Shown one piece after another: positions 12,411 to 25,378 of a stretch of DNA of 64,000 nt (the first letter of the stretch is position 1; the number at the start of each line of letters is the position of its first letter). A program made the position numbers and the translations under genes. Source of the stretch: Octopus sinensis (lineage: Eukaryota); the NCBI RefSeq assembly GCF_006345805.1, contig NC_043016.1, forward strand, positions 28,272,001-28,336,000, written 5' to 3'. The notes beneath the pieces are model-generated. The model was not told the origin of the DNA. It saw nothing but the letters and a program-made list of their open reading frames with translations, and did not search any database.

Positions 12411-13481
12411 TCTATATATATAAAAGAGGCTTTGGGTCAAAATTGTGTGCACATTTTGCTACGTCAGAGTTTGGCGGCTAGACCAGTGGTTGGATCAAGC
12501 TGAAAATTGACACGGGCATAGAAGGCGTGATGAGGCAGAGAGTTGAGTAGGTTAAAACTCGCCATCTGGAATGATGCGGTTGCTATGGTGAGAAAAGTGA
12601 TTTTTAATTGATTTAAGGGGGCTCTAAGCCTCTCCAGATTGGAAAGATTGGCATCTAATCTAATCTATAAAATGAAGGCAAACGTTGATACAAATTGGAT
12701 TTTTATGTAAAAAGGGGTCTAAATGGGGCTGGAAGGGGATTAAATTTTATAGGAGGTGGTAACTTGAGATGAGAAATTGATTGGGAGACGTTTTGGGGCA
12801 CTACAGTGGTTGCTTTGCTGTGAAAACGGGGATTTTATTGATTTTTGGGGACACTTGGGGGTCTAGACTGGATACCTTTTGCCCGATTTCAATCAAATTT
12901 TAAACATGGTAAATTGGAAGTGGATTTGTAATTTAAGTGCGGAAAATGGGTTTGAAATTTTGAAAATTAAGGCAAGATTTTTGAAGTTGAAAAAATTTCT
13001 CACTTTTATGTATTTTTGCCTTTTATTTTTTATTGATTACAGTTTTCATTTTTTCCAAAAGAAATTTACAGCTGCATGTAGCCTGTGTTTAAAGCTTTCA
13101 TTTGCATGGCCAATCGTCAAAAAATTTCCAAAATAAGTACTAAATTTAACAAAGAAATCCTTTTTTTCCTTATTTTTAATTGCTCAGATAGTGGCATGTA
13201 CAAGTGTGCTTTCTGTTGTCACTGCCTGATATTTATGATTGATCTTTCAAAATATTTTTTTTCTCAACCTACTCAAGATCTTTTGTTTTTTTATAAATGG
13301 GAGAGAGAGAGATAGAGAGTAAGAGAAAGCGAGGGAGAGTCCAAGAGAAAGGAAGAGTAAGAGAGTGGGAAAGTGAGAGAGAAAGGAGAGAGAAACAAAG
13401 AGGGAGAATGTGGCAATAAGAAACAGAAAGGAAGCAACAGAAAGTAACAACCACACCCTCACCCGGGTCAACTTAAGCTAG
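12411..13481 (+). mobile_element. Putative non-autonomous Helitron
   Basis: Begins TCTATATATATAAAAG; candidate end ACCCGGGT...GCTAG followed by T at 13482. Confidence 0.55.
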
Positions 13482-13607
13482 TCAAATATAAAATATATAT
13501 AGGTGTGACTGTATGGCAAGAAGCGTGTATAGTACTGTAGCCTTAGGCCAACTAAAGCCTTGTGAGTTGATTTAGTAGAAGGAAACTGAAAGACCATCCT
13601 ATACATA

Positions 13608-14455
13608 CAGGGTGCGGTGAATAAATTGTCATTTAAATTATGCAAAAATAAAAATAACACTGACATCTCATTTTAACAGATATATTTACCAAAATTACAT
13701 AAAAATATCTTGAAATACTAAAGAGTAAATTTATTCAATAAAATCACCATTGGCTTCAACCATGGCCTCAACTGCACCCCACACATGTTTTGGGGACACA
13801 GCAAGCCAACAGTTGTTCAGTGTGTTCACTATCTGATCTAGGCAGAAATTTTTCTCATCTGAGGAAAACCAAAGCATGTTCGATTTGAGGGGATGCTTGA
13901 TTTTGTTCAAAAGCTTCATAGCACAGTTTCCTCTTGTCCTTTCATGGCTTGGGATAAAAATTGGCCCTTTCTCCTCTTGTATGAGGAATACTGAATATCT
14001 TCATGCTCTACCTGTCTGATAAGAAACTCAGACACTCCCATGTCCCTGGCAATGGACCTCATTGACTTGGAGGGATCATTGTCAATCATGGCCTGGATCT
14101 CACCAACAAATTCAGGAGTTCTTTTGTCATCAGAATGATTAGAGTGAGTTTTCCTAGCTGCCATACCTTTGTAATCACCATTAGACCTATCCAACTCTTT
14201 CTGAATCCTCTGCACTGTCCTTAGATTGACACCCAAAGACTCTGAAATGTTCATATTGGAGAATCTGGCTTGAATGCCAAGCAGTACAGCATGTCATTTC
14301 CAAATTTCTGGCAGAGTGAATTGTGTCATGGTGCTGTTTTTCTCACAGACAGTGCCCAACTGACCCTACTGTGTAGTTGACAAAATCAGAAACAAACAAT
14401 GCGCATCCATGAAGTTAAAGATATAAAATTGCAACAATTTACCCATTACACCCTG
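13608..14455 (-). mobile_element. maT (Bmmar1-like, DD37D) Tc1/mariner transposon, internally deleted
   Basis: TA-flanked imperfect TIRs CAGGGTG...TAAATTGT; remnant transposase with HTH region and WFSSDEKNFCLDQ...NNCWLAVSP. Confidence 0.85.
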
Positions 14456-14744
14456 TATGTGTGTGTGTGTCTTTGTCTGTGTTTGTCCCCCACCATCACC
14501 CCTACCGTAGCTTGACAACCAATGTTGGTGTGTTTAACTTCCTGATAGAATAAGAGACCAATAGAATAAGTCCTAGGGTCAATTTCTTTGACTAGAACGC
14601 TTAAAGGCGGTGCTCTAGCATGGTCTCAGTCAGATGACTGAAACAAGTAAAAGACTAAAAGACTCATATTCATGTCTGAGTTTTATAATCCTCTTTCTAG
14701 TACGTGTGTGTGTGTGGTCGTGTTTGTGTGTGTTAGATAAATAG

Positions 14745-14745
14745 G

Positions 14746-14841
<96 letters not shown>

Positions 14842-14895
14842 TAGATAGATAGACGGACGGACGGACAGACAGGCAGGCAGATAGATAGATAGATA
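14745..14895. repeat. (GATA)n/(GACA)n microsatellite
   Basis: Direct reading. Confidence 0.95.
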
Positions 14896-16250
14896 CGAAT
14901 GACAGACTAATGGACCGGCTTAGCCACAGGTTAAGTAAGACATAGTATTTCTGTGAATATAAGTTTTAGTTTATTGTGTCTAGGAAGAGTCATAAAGCCA
15001 ATGTTATTAACACACGCACTGGTTTAATTCCATTCCTTATTGTTAATCAATTAGTTAAATATCCAAGAAACCGATTGCTTGTTTAATTTAGTTAAACGGT
15101 AAGTCATTTGTTTCGCTTTTGTTTGTCAAAGCTCATTCGTTGATACTTCCAACCCTTTCAACGGGCTTTTCGTTTAGATCAGTTTGAAACAAGAAAGTTT
15201 TGCATCATGGAACCAGTGGCAGTCTCAGGCTGGTCAGTACCAAAAGGCTTAAGTAATGTCCTCTGTTGGGTATTGAGTACTTTTTCTCTGGTTTGTTACC
15301 CAACAATGGTGTGTGTGTGTGTGTATTTATATTTCCAGGATACATTTCACAGATGCTTTGGGATGTATCATCCAAATGTTTCTTGAGGTCTCGGATTTCA
15401 GGTCTTTTAACGTGGTTGTATAAGTGTTATCTGTATGTGTGTGTAAATCAGCAGCAGTTCCAAGGTGGCTCAAGAGCCGAAAGTTTGGTACACATCACTT
15501 ATCAAATTGAGAAGAGTCGAGTACGAAAACTCTCGACCTTTGAATGACACTTCATGTGTGTGTATATAATCCACCAGCCATTAGGATCTGACGAGGCGTA
15601 TGTGAAGTTAAGTGCTTTATGAACGCGATACCCTGGGTAACTTTGTGAACCGGCCATAGCTTTCTTCCTCCAAATATATATATATATATTGTCTTCTGCT
15701 ACAGCCTGGGGCCGACCAAAGCCCTGTGAGTGTATTTGGTAGACGGAAATTGAAAGAAGTCCGTCGTATACACATATATGTTTGTGTGTCTGTGTTTGTC
15801 CCCCACCACCATCGCTTGACAACCGATGTTGGTGTATTTACGTCCCCGTAACTTAAAGGTTCGGCAAAGAAATCGATAGAATAAGTACTAGGCTTAAAAA
15901 GAATAAGCCCTCGGTCGATTTGTTCGACTAAAGGCAGTGCTCCAGCATGGCTGCAGTCAAATGATTAAAACAAGGAAAAGAATTTAAAAAAATAAAACAC
16001 ACACATACACCAGATGTTTGCTTTTTCCTTTTAACGAAACATCGAGTCGTCGATGATCAGGAAGAAATTAAAAAAAAGTGTAATGAAAATAAACATTAAA
16101 AAATATTCAGAGATGCACAAAATATACACTCGGTCTAAAATACATATAAACGTATGCGTGCGTGTGTGTTTGTGCTTGTCTGTACTTGCGTTTGTGTGTA
16201 TGTATGTATAAGTGTGTGTGTATGTATGTATATAAAAGTACAATGTTTAC

Positions 16251-16432
16251 CTGTCAGTTTTCCCATCGAAGACGTTCATATTTACCGGTTGATATGTTAT
16301 ATAAGTTAGAATGGACTGGGTGTATAAATGTGTTGTCACTGGAACACAAGTGTATCGATTGGCAAGTAGTGTCCTTTTAGAAGTACCTCGAAGAAAACCT
16401 TTTATTAATATCTGAAATATATACAAACACAT
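16251..16432 (-). CDS. NUDT6: NUDT6-like Nudix hydrolase, first coding exon (putative mitochondrial presequence then FDGKTDR)
   Basis: ATG at 16432 opens MCLYIFQILIKGFLRGTSKR...MNVFDGKTDR and ends at a GTAAAC donor (phase 2) that joins in frame to exon 9680-9753 to give DR-YRGITI, matching the NUDT6 N-terminal G..DR..G motif. The start is uncertain: there is an internal acceptor at 16412-16414 and a second ATG at 16279. Confidence 0.75.
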
Positions 16433-17191
16433 TCAAACATATAAGTATATATATGTAATTACAAAATAATATAATTATTTCATAAAAATTCATTAGAAAA
16501 ACAGGATCGACCAAGAAAGAAAAATGCATGAACATACAAATTAACGTTATTGAAAGTGATTATAAAATTGGTAATAGTGGGTGGAGACCAGGGAATAAGT
16601 ATGAAAATGTACCGTTTATTTAATATTTGGTTGCTCGTTGCAATTGCTGTAATTGAAAGTTCGATAGAAGATTTTAAGGTTATTAAGAGCACCGGATTAA
16701 TGTACAAACCAGTATTTAGTTTAGTATGTTATACATATTCTAACCCACACTTGATCAATTTGGCTCTTTATCCCTCCGAAGTACGGTGGATATCGATAAT
16801 CTGAAGTTTAACTAATCTACTGGAATTATGGAATTAAAATCATTCTCTTTTATCATTTCCCTAGCAAAGAACATAATCGAATTATTTGTGTAAGATTGGA
16901 AAATAAATATAAATACCATTGAAAAAGTACTGTTAAAAATTATGATTGTTGATTGTGTTATCTGTATGTATCTAAGATAACGTATGAAGTTATATAATGA
17001 ACGTAAGTTATATAAATTGTAGAGTGCCCTATGTGAGTGTGTGTGTGAATAGATACACAGAAAGAAAAAAAAATATCTTTACTATGTACGTACTTTTTTG
17101 TGTGTTAATGTACGTTTGTGTGTGTGTGCGCGCGCGTGCGTGTGTGTGTGTGTGTGCGCGCGCGTGCGTGTGTGTGTGTGTGTGCGCGCGC

Positions 17192-17222
<31 letters not shown>

Positions 17223-17799
17223 GGCATGAAAAATTCAACAAACTAGGGATTCAATTATAATCTCTTACAAAAAATAAATCTGAAATGTTATCCCACCTGA
17301 TAAAGTGTGTGAAGCAGCAACAGGTCTAAACTAAATAAACTAACATAACTGTCTAATTTATATAGAAGAAGAAATGCAAGTTCACAAAAAATTTATTTTT
17401 GAAGTGCCTCTATTTATATCGGAAAATGGGTTTCCCAGAAAGTGAGAAATTACGTGGAAAAAACACCCACACCTATGTTTTTTCTGGGTCACTTCACAGA
17501 AAGATATTTGCTGTCGTCTTTCTATCTATGTCCTCCCCTCTCTCTCTCTCTCCTCTTTATCGCTAATACACTCATTGATAATTATTTCTTTGTGATGCAA
17601 ATATACATTTCTAACATTGCTCTAGGTCCAATAAATATTTTGGGAAATTACGATCGATTAAAGATACCTCATTATATAACTATTATTTCCTTTATCAACC
17701 CGGGTGGAATTTTAGCTAAAAAATCTGAACTGAAAAAATACATGACACACAATACATTGCTCTTAAGCTTTTCTTGCTAAAATGGGGAAAAAAAAAGTT

Positions 17800-17895
17800 G
17801 GGATTGGCTGAATCTGTGGTGACATTGGTAATCCCTGACATGCTGAATTACGTCAAATTATGATCGACGTGTTGATTATCGAGAAACGGACGTAA
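17800..17895. promoter_or_regulatory. Promoter-like motif cluster (two CCAAT boxes, CRE-like TTACGTCA, CpG-rich)
   Basis: ATTGG at 17803 and 17824, TTACGTCA at 17848, many CpGs in AT-rich DNA, upstream of the NUDT6 5' end. Confidence 0.35.
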
Positions 17896-17989
17896 AAAAA
17901 ATTATTATTGTTAATAAAAACAACACCACTAATACTACTACTATATTGTCATCATTGTTTTCATTGTGATTGACATTAAGTATTTCAAG

Positions 17990-18047
17990 CACCACTTGAA
18001 GAGGATGGTCATATTTGCGAAGTAAAAGAAGTCTTTTGGAAAGCTGG
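17990..18047 (+). CDS. Candidate isolated coding exon (PLEEDGHICEVKEVFWKAG), divergent from NUDT6
   Basis: tatttcaag acceptor, GG/GTAAGA donor, 58 nt, only one frame open, non-repetitive sequence; no family recognised. Confidence 0.4.
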
Positions 18048-18211
18048 GTAAGATTGCGTAAGCATGGCCTGTACGAATGGGTCTCCTATAAATCTATGCC
18101 TGTATAATAAGGAGGAATATTGGAGAGGACCCTAGCCAATATACAGGGCCAGATTAAGATCCACAGATGCCCTAAGCACTTAAAAGATTTTGGTGTCCCC
18201 GTATATATACA

Positions 18212-18418
18212 TACACGAGCGGGTGCTGAAAAGTTCTTGGCTTTAAGGGTGTCGCGAAGGTCCAACCTTCTGAGTTCTTTTACACGGCTTAAGAAACTGA
18301 AAGACTGCTGCAATAAGCATGTGAATCTGAGGGAAATATGTTGAATAAAATCATAATTAACTGATCCTCTTATATTTTCTTTTACTCCAAGCCAAGAACT
18401 ATTTAGCACTCCCTCGTA
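18212..18418. mobile_element. mariner-derived MITE
   Basis: About 30-bp imperfect TIRs (CGAG.G.GTGCT.AA.AGTTCTTGGCTT) with TA ends. Confidence 0.8.
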
Positions 18419-18789
18419 TATATTTAATTCAAAATATAAACAATAATAAACCATAAAATAAATATTTGTTTTTCAAGACGAAACAAAACTAACAGTTTGA
18501 TGGAAAATAATATTTATTTTTGTACACTTCCACTTTATTTATATTTGAAAAAGTTTTTCTTTTTTTATTTATTACAATGTCTTTGATCAGATCCTCACTA
18601 TGACACTATGAACACTGAAAATATATTTCCACTCATATAAATCAGTTCAAATATTATTTTAGCAAGTTTAAAATGATTTCTTTTGCGCTGTAAACTATTT
18701 ATCATTTCTGTGGTGCACTCCTTCATGTGATTCCCAAAGCATGTACTTATTTTGCATGAAGGTTAATCCAACACTAGCAGCACAGGTTA

Positions 18790-20140
18790 GTTTAGAGAAT
18801 GGAGCGATCACTACTTGGCCCTAGGTGACTGTTCTCTGTGGTTAAAGATATTCTCACAGCCACATCATGTGCCCTCTCATTAATATTATGTCTTTATGTG
18901 TGAGGCTGGTTATGTGGTAATTCCATCCACGTGGTGTTTTGGATTCTGTTCCACCTTGTGGCATCTTGGGCATATGTCTTCTGCCAGAAACCATTAAAGG
19001 GTGGGCTGGGGATGCCTTGGCTGATGATGCGCAAGCATGCGTTGAAGCTGAGACACCTCTAGCACTACCTAGATGGTGAGCAGGTGTGGTCACCGCATGC
19101 CAAGCAGCTTTTCCTACAATTGAAGTCCCTCTGGGACTTAGGTACATGGATCAAGTGGAGACCTAAGACGGGAGAATGGCAGAAGGAGTGCTGATAATAA
19201 CTTACTCTATTCTCCCGAGCGAGCAATACTGGCAGTGAAGTTACCGTTGTGGATTTCTATAGAGGGTTGGTAGAGTTTAAGTCCGATGACATCCTGATGG
19301 AGACTCTAGACTTCGATGATGAGCAACTGGCCAACCTATTCAGAAGGACATTTGGGCCAAGGTATCTGGATAATTCCCAGAAATCCTTGGCTTGGTTGTG
19401 CTACCGATCGGTCTTACCAGTTTAAGAGAGGTTGTCTAGACACAGTTTCAACACCCCCCACCACATGCCTGAGATGTGTGCAAGTCAGTGAAACTGTCAC
19501 ACATGCCTTCATACACAGTGGGGAGTTGAAGGGGTTAAGAGCCTATGTTGAACAACTGATGTCGGAGCTGGAAGGAGTACGGCTCTCGACTGAGCCCATA
19601 GTTAAGGAAAGGAAGGCAGCCTTTCTCTGTGTAGGGCCATACTGAAAGAGACAGTGTGGAGGACACATACAAAAGCAATTGAAGCAGGCCACTCTATCTC
19701 TGGACATGGGTTGGTAAGTTGGTTCAACTTCCACCATTTAAGGAAGATCTGTCTGGAGAGAAAGTACCCGCCTCTCAGTGTGTATGGGAAAAGATGGGTA
19801 AATGTGGTAAGAAAGTTGAGTATGAATGGGGTCATGCTGGTGTAGCCGGTCAAATAGAGAAGGAGGAAAATGTTTTTCTTGCTAAAAGAAAAAGGGGAAA
19901 AAAAACAAAGGTTCCAAGTCAGCGGGTTGAAAATAAACTGGAAAATATATATTTCAGTATTTTCTATTAATATACTTTTAACTTCATTAACATTTTAAAA
20001 CTCATACCGTTTTTCATCACAGTTTTCATGTTTGTAGCCCCAACACCACTACCCCTTTCCTCCTAAGACTGTCCATTGTTTGTCCCTGGCTTCTCCTTTT
20101 GTATCTTCTATGTATGCCCTTATAAATAATAAAGAAATTC
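18790..20140 (+). mobile_element. Tx1/L1-type LINE 3' portion (zf-RVT-like region)
   Basis: TCLRCVQVSETVTHAFIH resembles the C..C...ET..H zinc knuckle; ends near an AATAAA-containing tail. Confidence 0.55.
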
Positions 20141-20479
20141 ATTCAGTGCCTGTTGGTTCTAGGCTGCCGCACTTTACTCCCGTTTGCCTTTCTTACTTGG
20201 TGACATGTGATTTCAACCAGAACATATTCATTTAATGTTATAAGCTTCCTTCAATTAGCCTTGTTAACGCATTACTTCCAATAATGAAAGTTATGACTTA
20301 TTACAATTTTATTCTCTTGTTGTTATGAGCAAAAGCAGTGACTCCCTTTTCTCTCATACTGACTAAATTATAGTGTCATTAAGTCAACGTTACCATCAAA
20401 ATTGGATAACAATGATACCACTATAAGGTCATTCTAATGACTCTTTGCTAAACCTAAGAGACAGTAGCCACAGTTTGCA

Positions 20480-20815
20480 ACTTGCTGTCAGTTAAAGTTG
20501 AGACAGTGTCACGTGACAACTTGCTGGGGCTGCCTGCTGGAGCCTAGCAGCAGGTATTTAAAGGGAAATTTGACAAGACACTCAGTCGCCCGCTGACGCT
20601 ACATCAAAGAGGCCAGGGAACAGAAGAAAGAGGACATGCACCCAACACCAGAGCTGAAAACACCTCCGACAGAGGGGTGCCTGTCACGTCAAAACGGTAG
20701 AGGGGTAGGGGCCGAAACTGGATGTGGTTCCTCCTGATGATGTCTTGAGCTAACTGGATCCTATATAGGAGCTGTTGTGGTAGCAGATCACGAAACTGTT
20801 GAAATTCCTCATAAG
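20480..20815 (+). mobile_element. Penelope-like terminal segment with CTGATGA...GAAA core
   Basis: TATTTAAA motif, then CCTGATGA (20733-20740) and CGAAACTGTTG (20791-20801), the layout typical of Penelope-like element ends. Confidence 0.4.
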
Positions 20816-21099
20816 TATTTTCTCCACCTATGGCAAATTATTTACAGAGCTTACTCAACCAACTATTTTGTAATAACTACAGAATTATGCTTTCCAGTGT
20901 GTAAACTTTGTTGTTGCATTTTTAATTCAAGACCAACATTAAAAATATTTTGTGTGGTGAAATGAAATTCTGTTAAATGTTCACAAGTGTTATGCATTCA
21001 TTATACACAACCTGAACACAACTCAACCACAAGCATCTCACATCTTTCATTCTATGACCATTGTGATGATTGGTAACCAATTCTTATGAAATGTGTATG

Positions 21100-21143
<44 letters not shown>

Positions 21144-21324
21144 GCATGTGCATGAATATGCATAACTGTTGGCAGCCCATGGCTTGCCTTGAACAAAATG
21201 GGTGACGTGATGTTTATGTTAACATCGTGACTTGTGCTTTCAAAAACCTGGTGGCATAAAGATCTTCCTTACTTGAAAAACAAGATTGGTGACAGAGCAT
21301 TATCTGGCCATATAATCAAAGGCA

Positions 21325-21720
21325 GCACGCTGGCAGAACCGTTAGCATACCGGGCAAAATGCTTAGCGGTTTTCGTCTGCCACTACATTCTGAGTTCAAA
21401 TTCTGCCGAGGTTAACTTTGTCTTTTATCCTTTCAGGGTCAATTAAATAGGTACCAGTTACGCTCTGGGATCGATATAATCAACTTAATCCGTTTGTCTG
21501 TCCTTGTTTGTTCCCTCTGTCTAGCCCCTTGTGGGCAATAAAGAAATAAGAAACGTTAGCACACCAGGTGAAATGCTTAGCAGTATTTCGTCTGTCTTTA
21601 CATTCTGAGTTCAAATTCTGCTAAGGTTGACTTTGCCTTTCATCCTTTCAGGGTCAATAAATTAAGTACCAGTTGTGTACTGGGGTTGATCTAATCAACT
21701 CCCCCTTCCCCCCAAAATTT
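21325..21720 (+). mobile_element. Meta-like SINE dimer with a different junction
   Basis: Two consecutive bodies; 3' end AATAAAGAAATAAG joins AAACGTTAGCAC in the head. Confidence 0.7.
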
Positions 21721-22947
21721 CAGGTCCTATGCTTAGAGTAGAAAAGAATATAATCCTGCTTCAAATATATCTTCATCTAAACCCAAGCTTTCATGAAAAA
21801 ATGAATGTTAAACAAATGAAAAAACAATATCATCATCATTGTATATCTGCTTTTCAAGCTGGCACGTATTAAATGGATCATAATGGTCCACATTAGTTCT
21901 TATTTGGAATTACTACTCCCCCCAAACAAGCAGTTTATATACTTTTATAGTATGGTTTCTACAAGTGGGAGCTTTTTGTAAAGCCAACTATCAATATTTT
22001 ACAGTGACAGACAAGCTACATGTTAGAAAAGGGATTGCATAGAAGCATAACATGAAAGGTGAGAAGTGGGAAGATAGAAAGGGGAAGACAGAATGATAAA
22101 ACTAAGGAGTGATGGGAGAGAGGGTGTAATATATATCAACAAGGAGTGAGCCTAATGATTTCATCAAGTTTCCTGAACCATCTTCCTTCTGAACCACATG
22201 GTTCCTGGTTCAGTCCCACTACATGGGACCTTAGGCAAGTGTCTTCTACTATACCATCAAGCTGAGCAAAGCCTTGTGAGTGGATTTGGTAGCTGGAAGC
22301 TGGAAGAAGCCTGTCGTATATATTTGTGTGCTTCTTTGTGTCTGTGTTTGTTCCACCAACACTTAATAACTGATGTTGGTGTGTTTTACATCCCCATAAC
22401 TTAGCAGTTTGTCAAAGGAGACTGATAAAATAAGTATCAGGCTTTAAAAGAAAACAAACACTGGGGCCAATTCATTCAATTAAAAAACCTTGAAGTCAGT
22501 GCCCCAGCATCACCACAGTCTAATGACTGAAACAAGTAAATAATGAAAGATAAATGCGTTTATCTAAAGTATGAAAAGAAGTGGATCCAACACAACACAT
22601 TAATGGACATCACAACTGATGCTTGCTGGACTCAAGTTGATCCTATGATCACATGTTGACTCTTGTTTTCTAGGAAACATAATTCAGCATTTTCCACAGA
22701 CTCCAATGTTTTCCTTTATCTTTTACTTGTTTCAGTCATTAAACTGGTCATGCTGGGGCACCATTTTGAAGAATATTTAGTTGAATGTACTGATGCCTGT
22801 ATTCATTTTTTTTTTTTTTTAAAGCTTGGTATTTATTTTATCAGTCTCTTTTGCTAAACCTCCAAGTTACAGATACATAAACACACCAGCACCGGTTGTT
22901 CAAGTTGTCGTAAAGGGATGGACAAAAACAGACACAACTACACACAG

Positions 22948-23176
22948 GTGAGCTGGCAGAATCATTAGCACACTGGGCGAAATGCTTAGAAGTATTTCAT
23001 CTGCCATTACATTCTGAGTTCAAATTCCACCAAGGTCGACTTTGCTTTTCTTCCTTTCGGGATCAATAAATTAAGTAGTAGTTACGCACTGGTGTTGATA
23101 TAATCGACTTAATCCTTTGTCTGTCCTTGTTTGCCCTCTCTATGTTTAGCCCCTTGTGAGCAATAAAGAAATAACA
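22948..23176 (+). mobile_element. Meta-like SINE inserted in the central microsatellite of another SINE
   Basis: GTGAGCTGGCAGAATC head to AATAAAGAAATAA tail, flanked by ACACAC tracts of the host. Confidence 0.75.
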
Positions 23177-24019
23177 CACACACACACAAACATACATGTG
23201 TGTGTGTGTGAAGGCATGTGGCCTAGTTGTTGGGATGTTGCACTCACTATTGCTAGATCATAGGTTCAATTCTCTGATTGGGCAGTATGTTGTGACTTTG
23301 AGTAAAACACTTCATTTCACATTGTCCCAGCCCCACTTTGATCAGGAGTGGGGGAATTGTTGGCCTGCTCACCTAACCAGTGAAGTAGCATCATTTGAAA
23401 CATTTAAAACAGTTCAAAAAAAGAGCATTGTGACTAGCGATGTGTAACAACATCTGGTAACCTGGTTGGTCACGTGATATATACATATATTTGATAGGCT
23501 TCTTTCAGTTTCCTTTACCAAATCTACTCACAAGGCTTTGGTGGGTCCAAGGCTATAGTAGAAGACACTTGCACAAGGTGCCACACAGTGAGTCTGAACC
23601 TAGATCCACGTGGTTTGGAAGCAAGCTTCTTACCCTAGCCACACATAACAGACTGTTGTGGTTGGCCCTCTTGCACATCACACCTGATGCCTCTTATGCC
23701 CAAATTTTTTCTCAAGATGCTTACACTTTTGACAACCAATGCTGGTATGTTTACATCCCCATAACTTAGCAGTTCGGCAAAAGAGACCGATAGAATAAGT
23801 ACTAGGCTTACAAAGAGCAAGTCAATTTTGGGGTCAATTTGCTTGACTAAAGGTGGTGCTCCAGCATGGCCACAGTCAAATGACTGAAACAAGTAAAAGA
23901 GTAAAAAGAGTAACCAGGGCACTATGAAGTGTGGGCTGGTGATTCAGTAGAGATGTAAAGTGAAGATGATGCTTTAGTCTTACTGAAGACCAAACAACTT
24001 CTCTAGTGCTGGTGCAAAA

Positions 24020-24480
24020 TAAAATACAATAAAGTACCCCATTTGATCCACCTCTCCCTTGAACTTGCTCCTGGCATTTCCTTTCAGAGTATACTGATAA
24101 CAGCTTACCTTATTCTTCAATGTCAGGGACTCTCCTTTCCAGCATCACTCAATTGCCCACTTATAACTGTCCATTACAACCTGAATATTCTTGTCTATGA
24201 TGGTATGTGCAGTACATTTCTCTTTAGGGCTCTCTGAATCCTGCTGCAAACTCATGGCACATGGTGCCTCTGCACCACCAAACATAACCCTGTCTTCACT
24301 AACTTTGACACCTCTTAGACCGCTGAGTATATTCATGCCCATCACTGCATCAATTCCATCCACCACTTGGTAAATCACAATTGCTTGCAGCCTTATTCTT
24401 GTTCCCTGCACACCACCATCCCCATTTCACAGTTCCCTCTATATCTAATCTCTTTGATTATCTGAATCCATGTGATAAGA
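24020..24480 (-). mobile_element. Ty3/Gypsy protease-to-RT linker fragment
   Basis: IDAVMGMNILSGLRGVKV followed by IIDKNIQVVMDSYKWAIE, resembling the Gypsy I.DKDF...FDG..W...W linker. Confidence 0.5.
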
Positions 24481-24938
24481 TTTCCCTCGCCACAGAAGGG
24501 TCTGATGGTATCACTGTTGGTCCTTATTTTTGTTGATATATTGTCCAGTAAAGGGAGAAAAAATGCACTAAAGCCAAAATAGCTTGTGATATGGAGTAAA
24601 AGTGTAGCTCACCTACATTGCAGATCATGGAGGCACGTGGCTTAGTGGTTAGGGTATTGGACTCATGATCATAACATTGTGGTTTCAATTCCTGGATTGG
24701 GCAATGTGTTGTGATCTTGAGCAAAACACCTCATTTCACGTTGCTCCAGTCCACTCAGCTGGCAAAAATGAGTAATTTTGTGATGGATTGGTATCCCATC
24801 CAGATGGGGAATATACATGCCATTGAAGCTGGGAAACTGGCTCTTATGAGTCAGTATGACTTGAGAAGGTAACTTTACCTTTCTTTTTTACCTTGCAGAT
24901 CCTCTCATAACATTGATCCTTTCTTGATGGGATATATC

Positions 24939-25378
24939 TGTGACAGCGCTACCTGCCTAACCTCTGGCTAGAACCTAGTAGCAAATTATCTGAACTCACA
25001 TGACTATCATGCCTGTCCTGAGTGACAGTCCCAAAGCAAAAAAGGCCCACGCCAGTTGTCCTACTCACATGACTTCCCTTGCTTCTGTCCTTCCGACAAG
25101 GCCTTTTAGCCGTTTGTGTGATATAACTAACCCTATACTTCCAGCAGCCCCTTCCAACTCCCACTCCCACAAGCTCCACAGTAATAAAGAGCTAGCTGAG
25201 AAGTGTAGAGGCCATTCTCATTAGAGGTAGAAATGACAGAGAGAGAGAGAGAGAGAAATGAAATAGCATGGCTATGGTACAGCAGTGATTGTAGTGTGTC
25301 AGAGACAGGAATCTCCGTCTCTAAGATTGGTCTCTGATGTAATTCAAGGTGTTTGTGCATAGCAGTAGTATAGCTTAC
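24939..25378 (+). mobile_element. Possible solo LTR
   Basis: TG...CA ends and internal AATAAA; no clear TSD. Confidence 0.25.
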
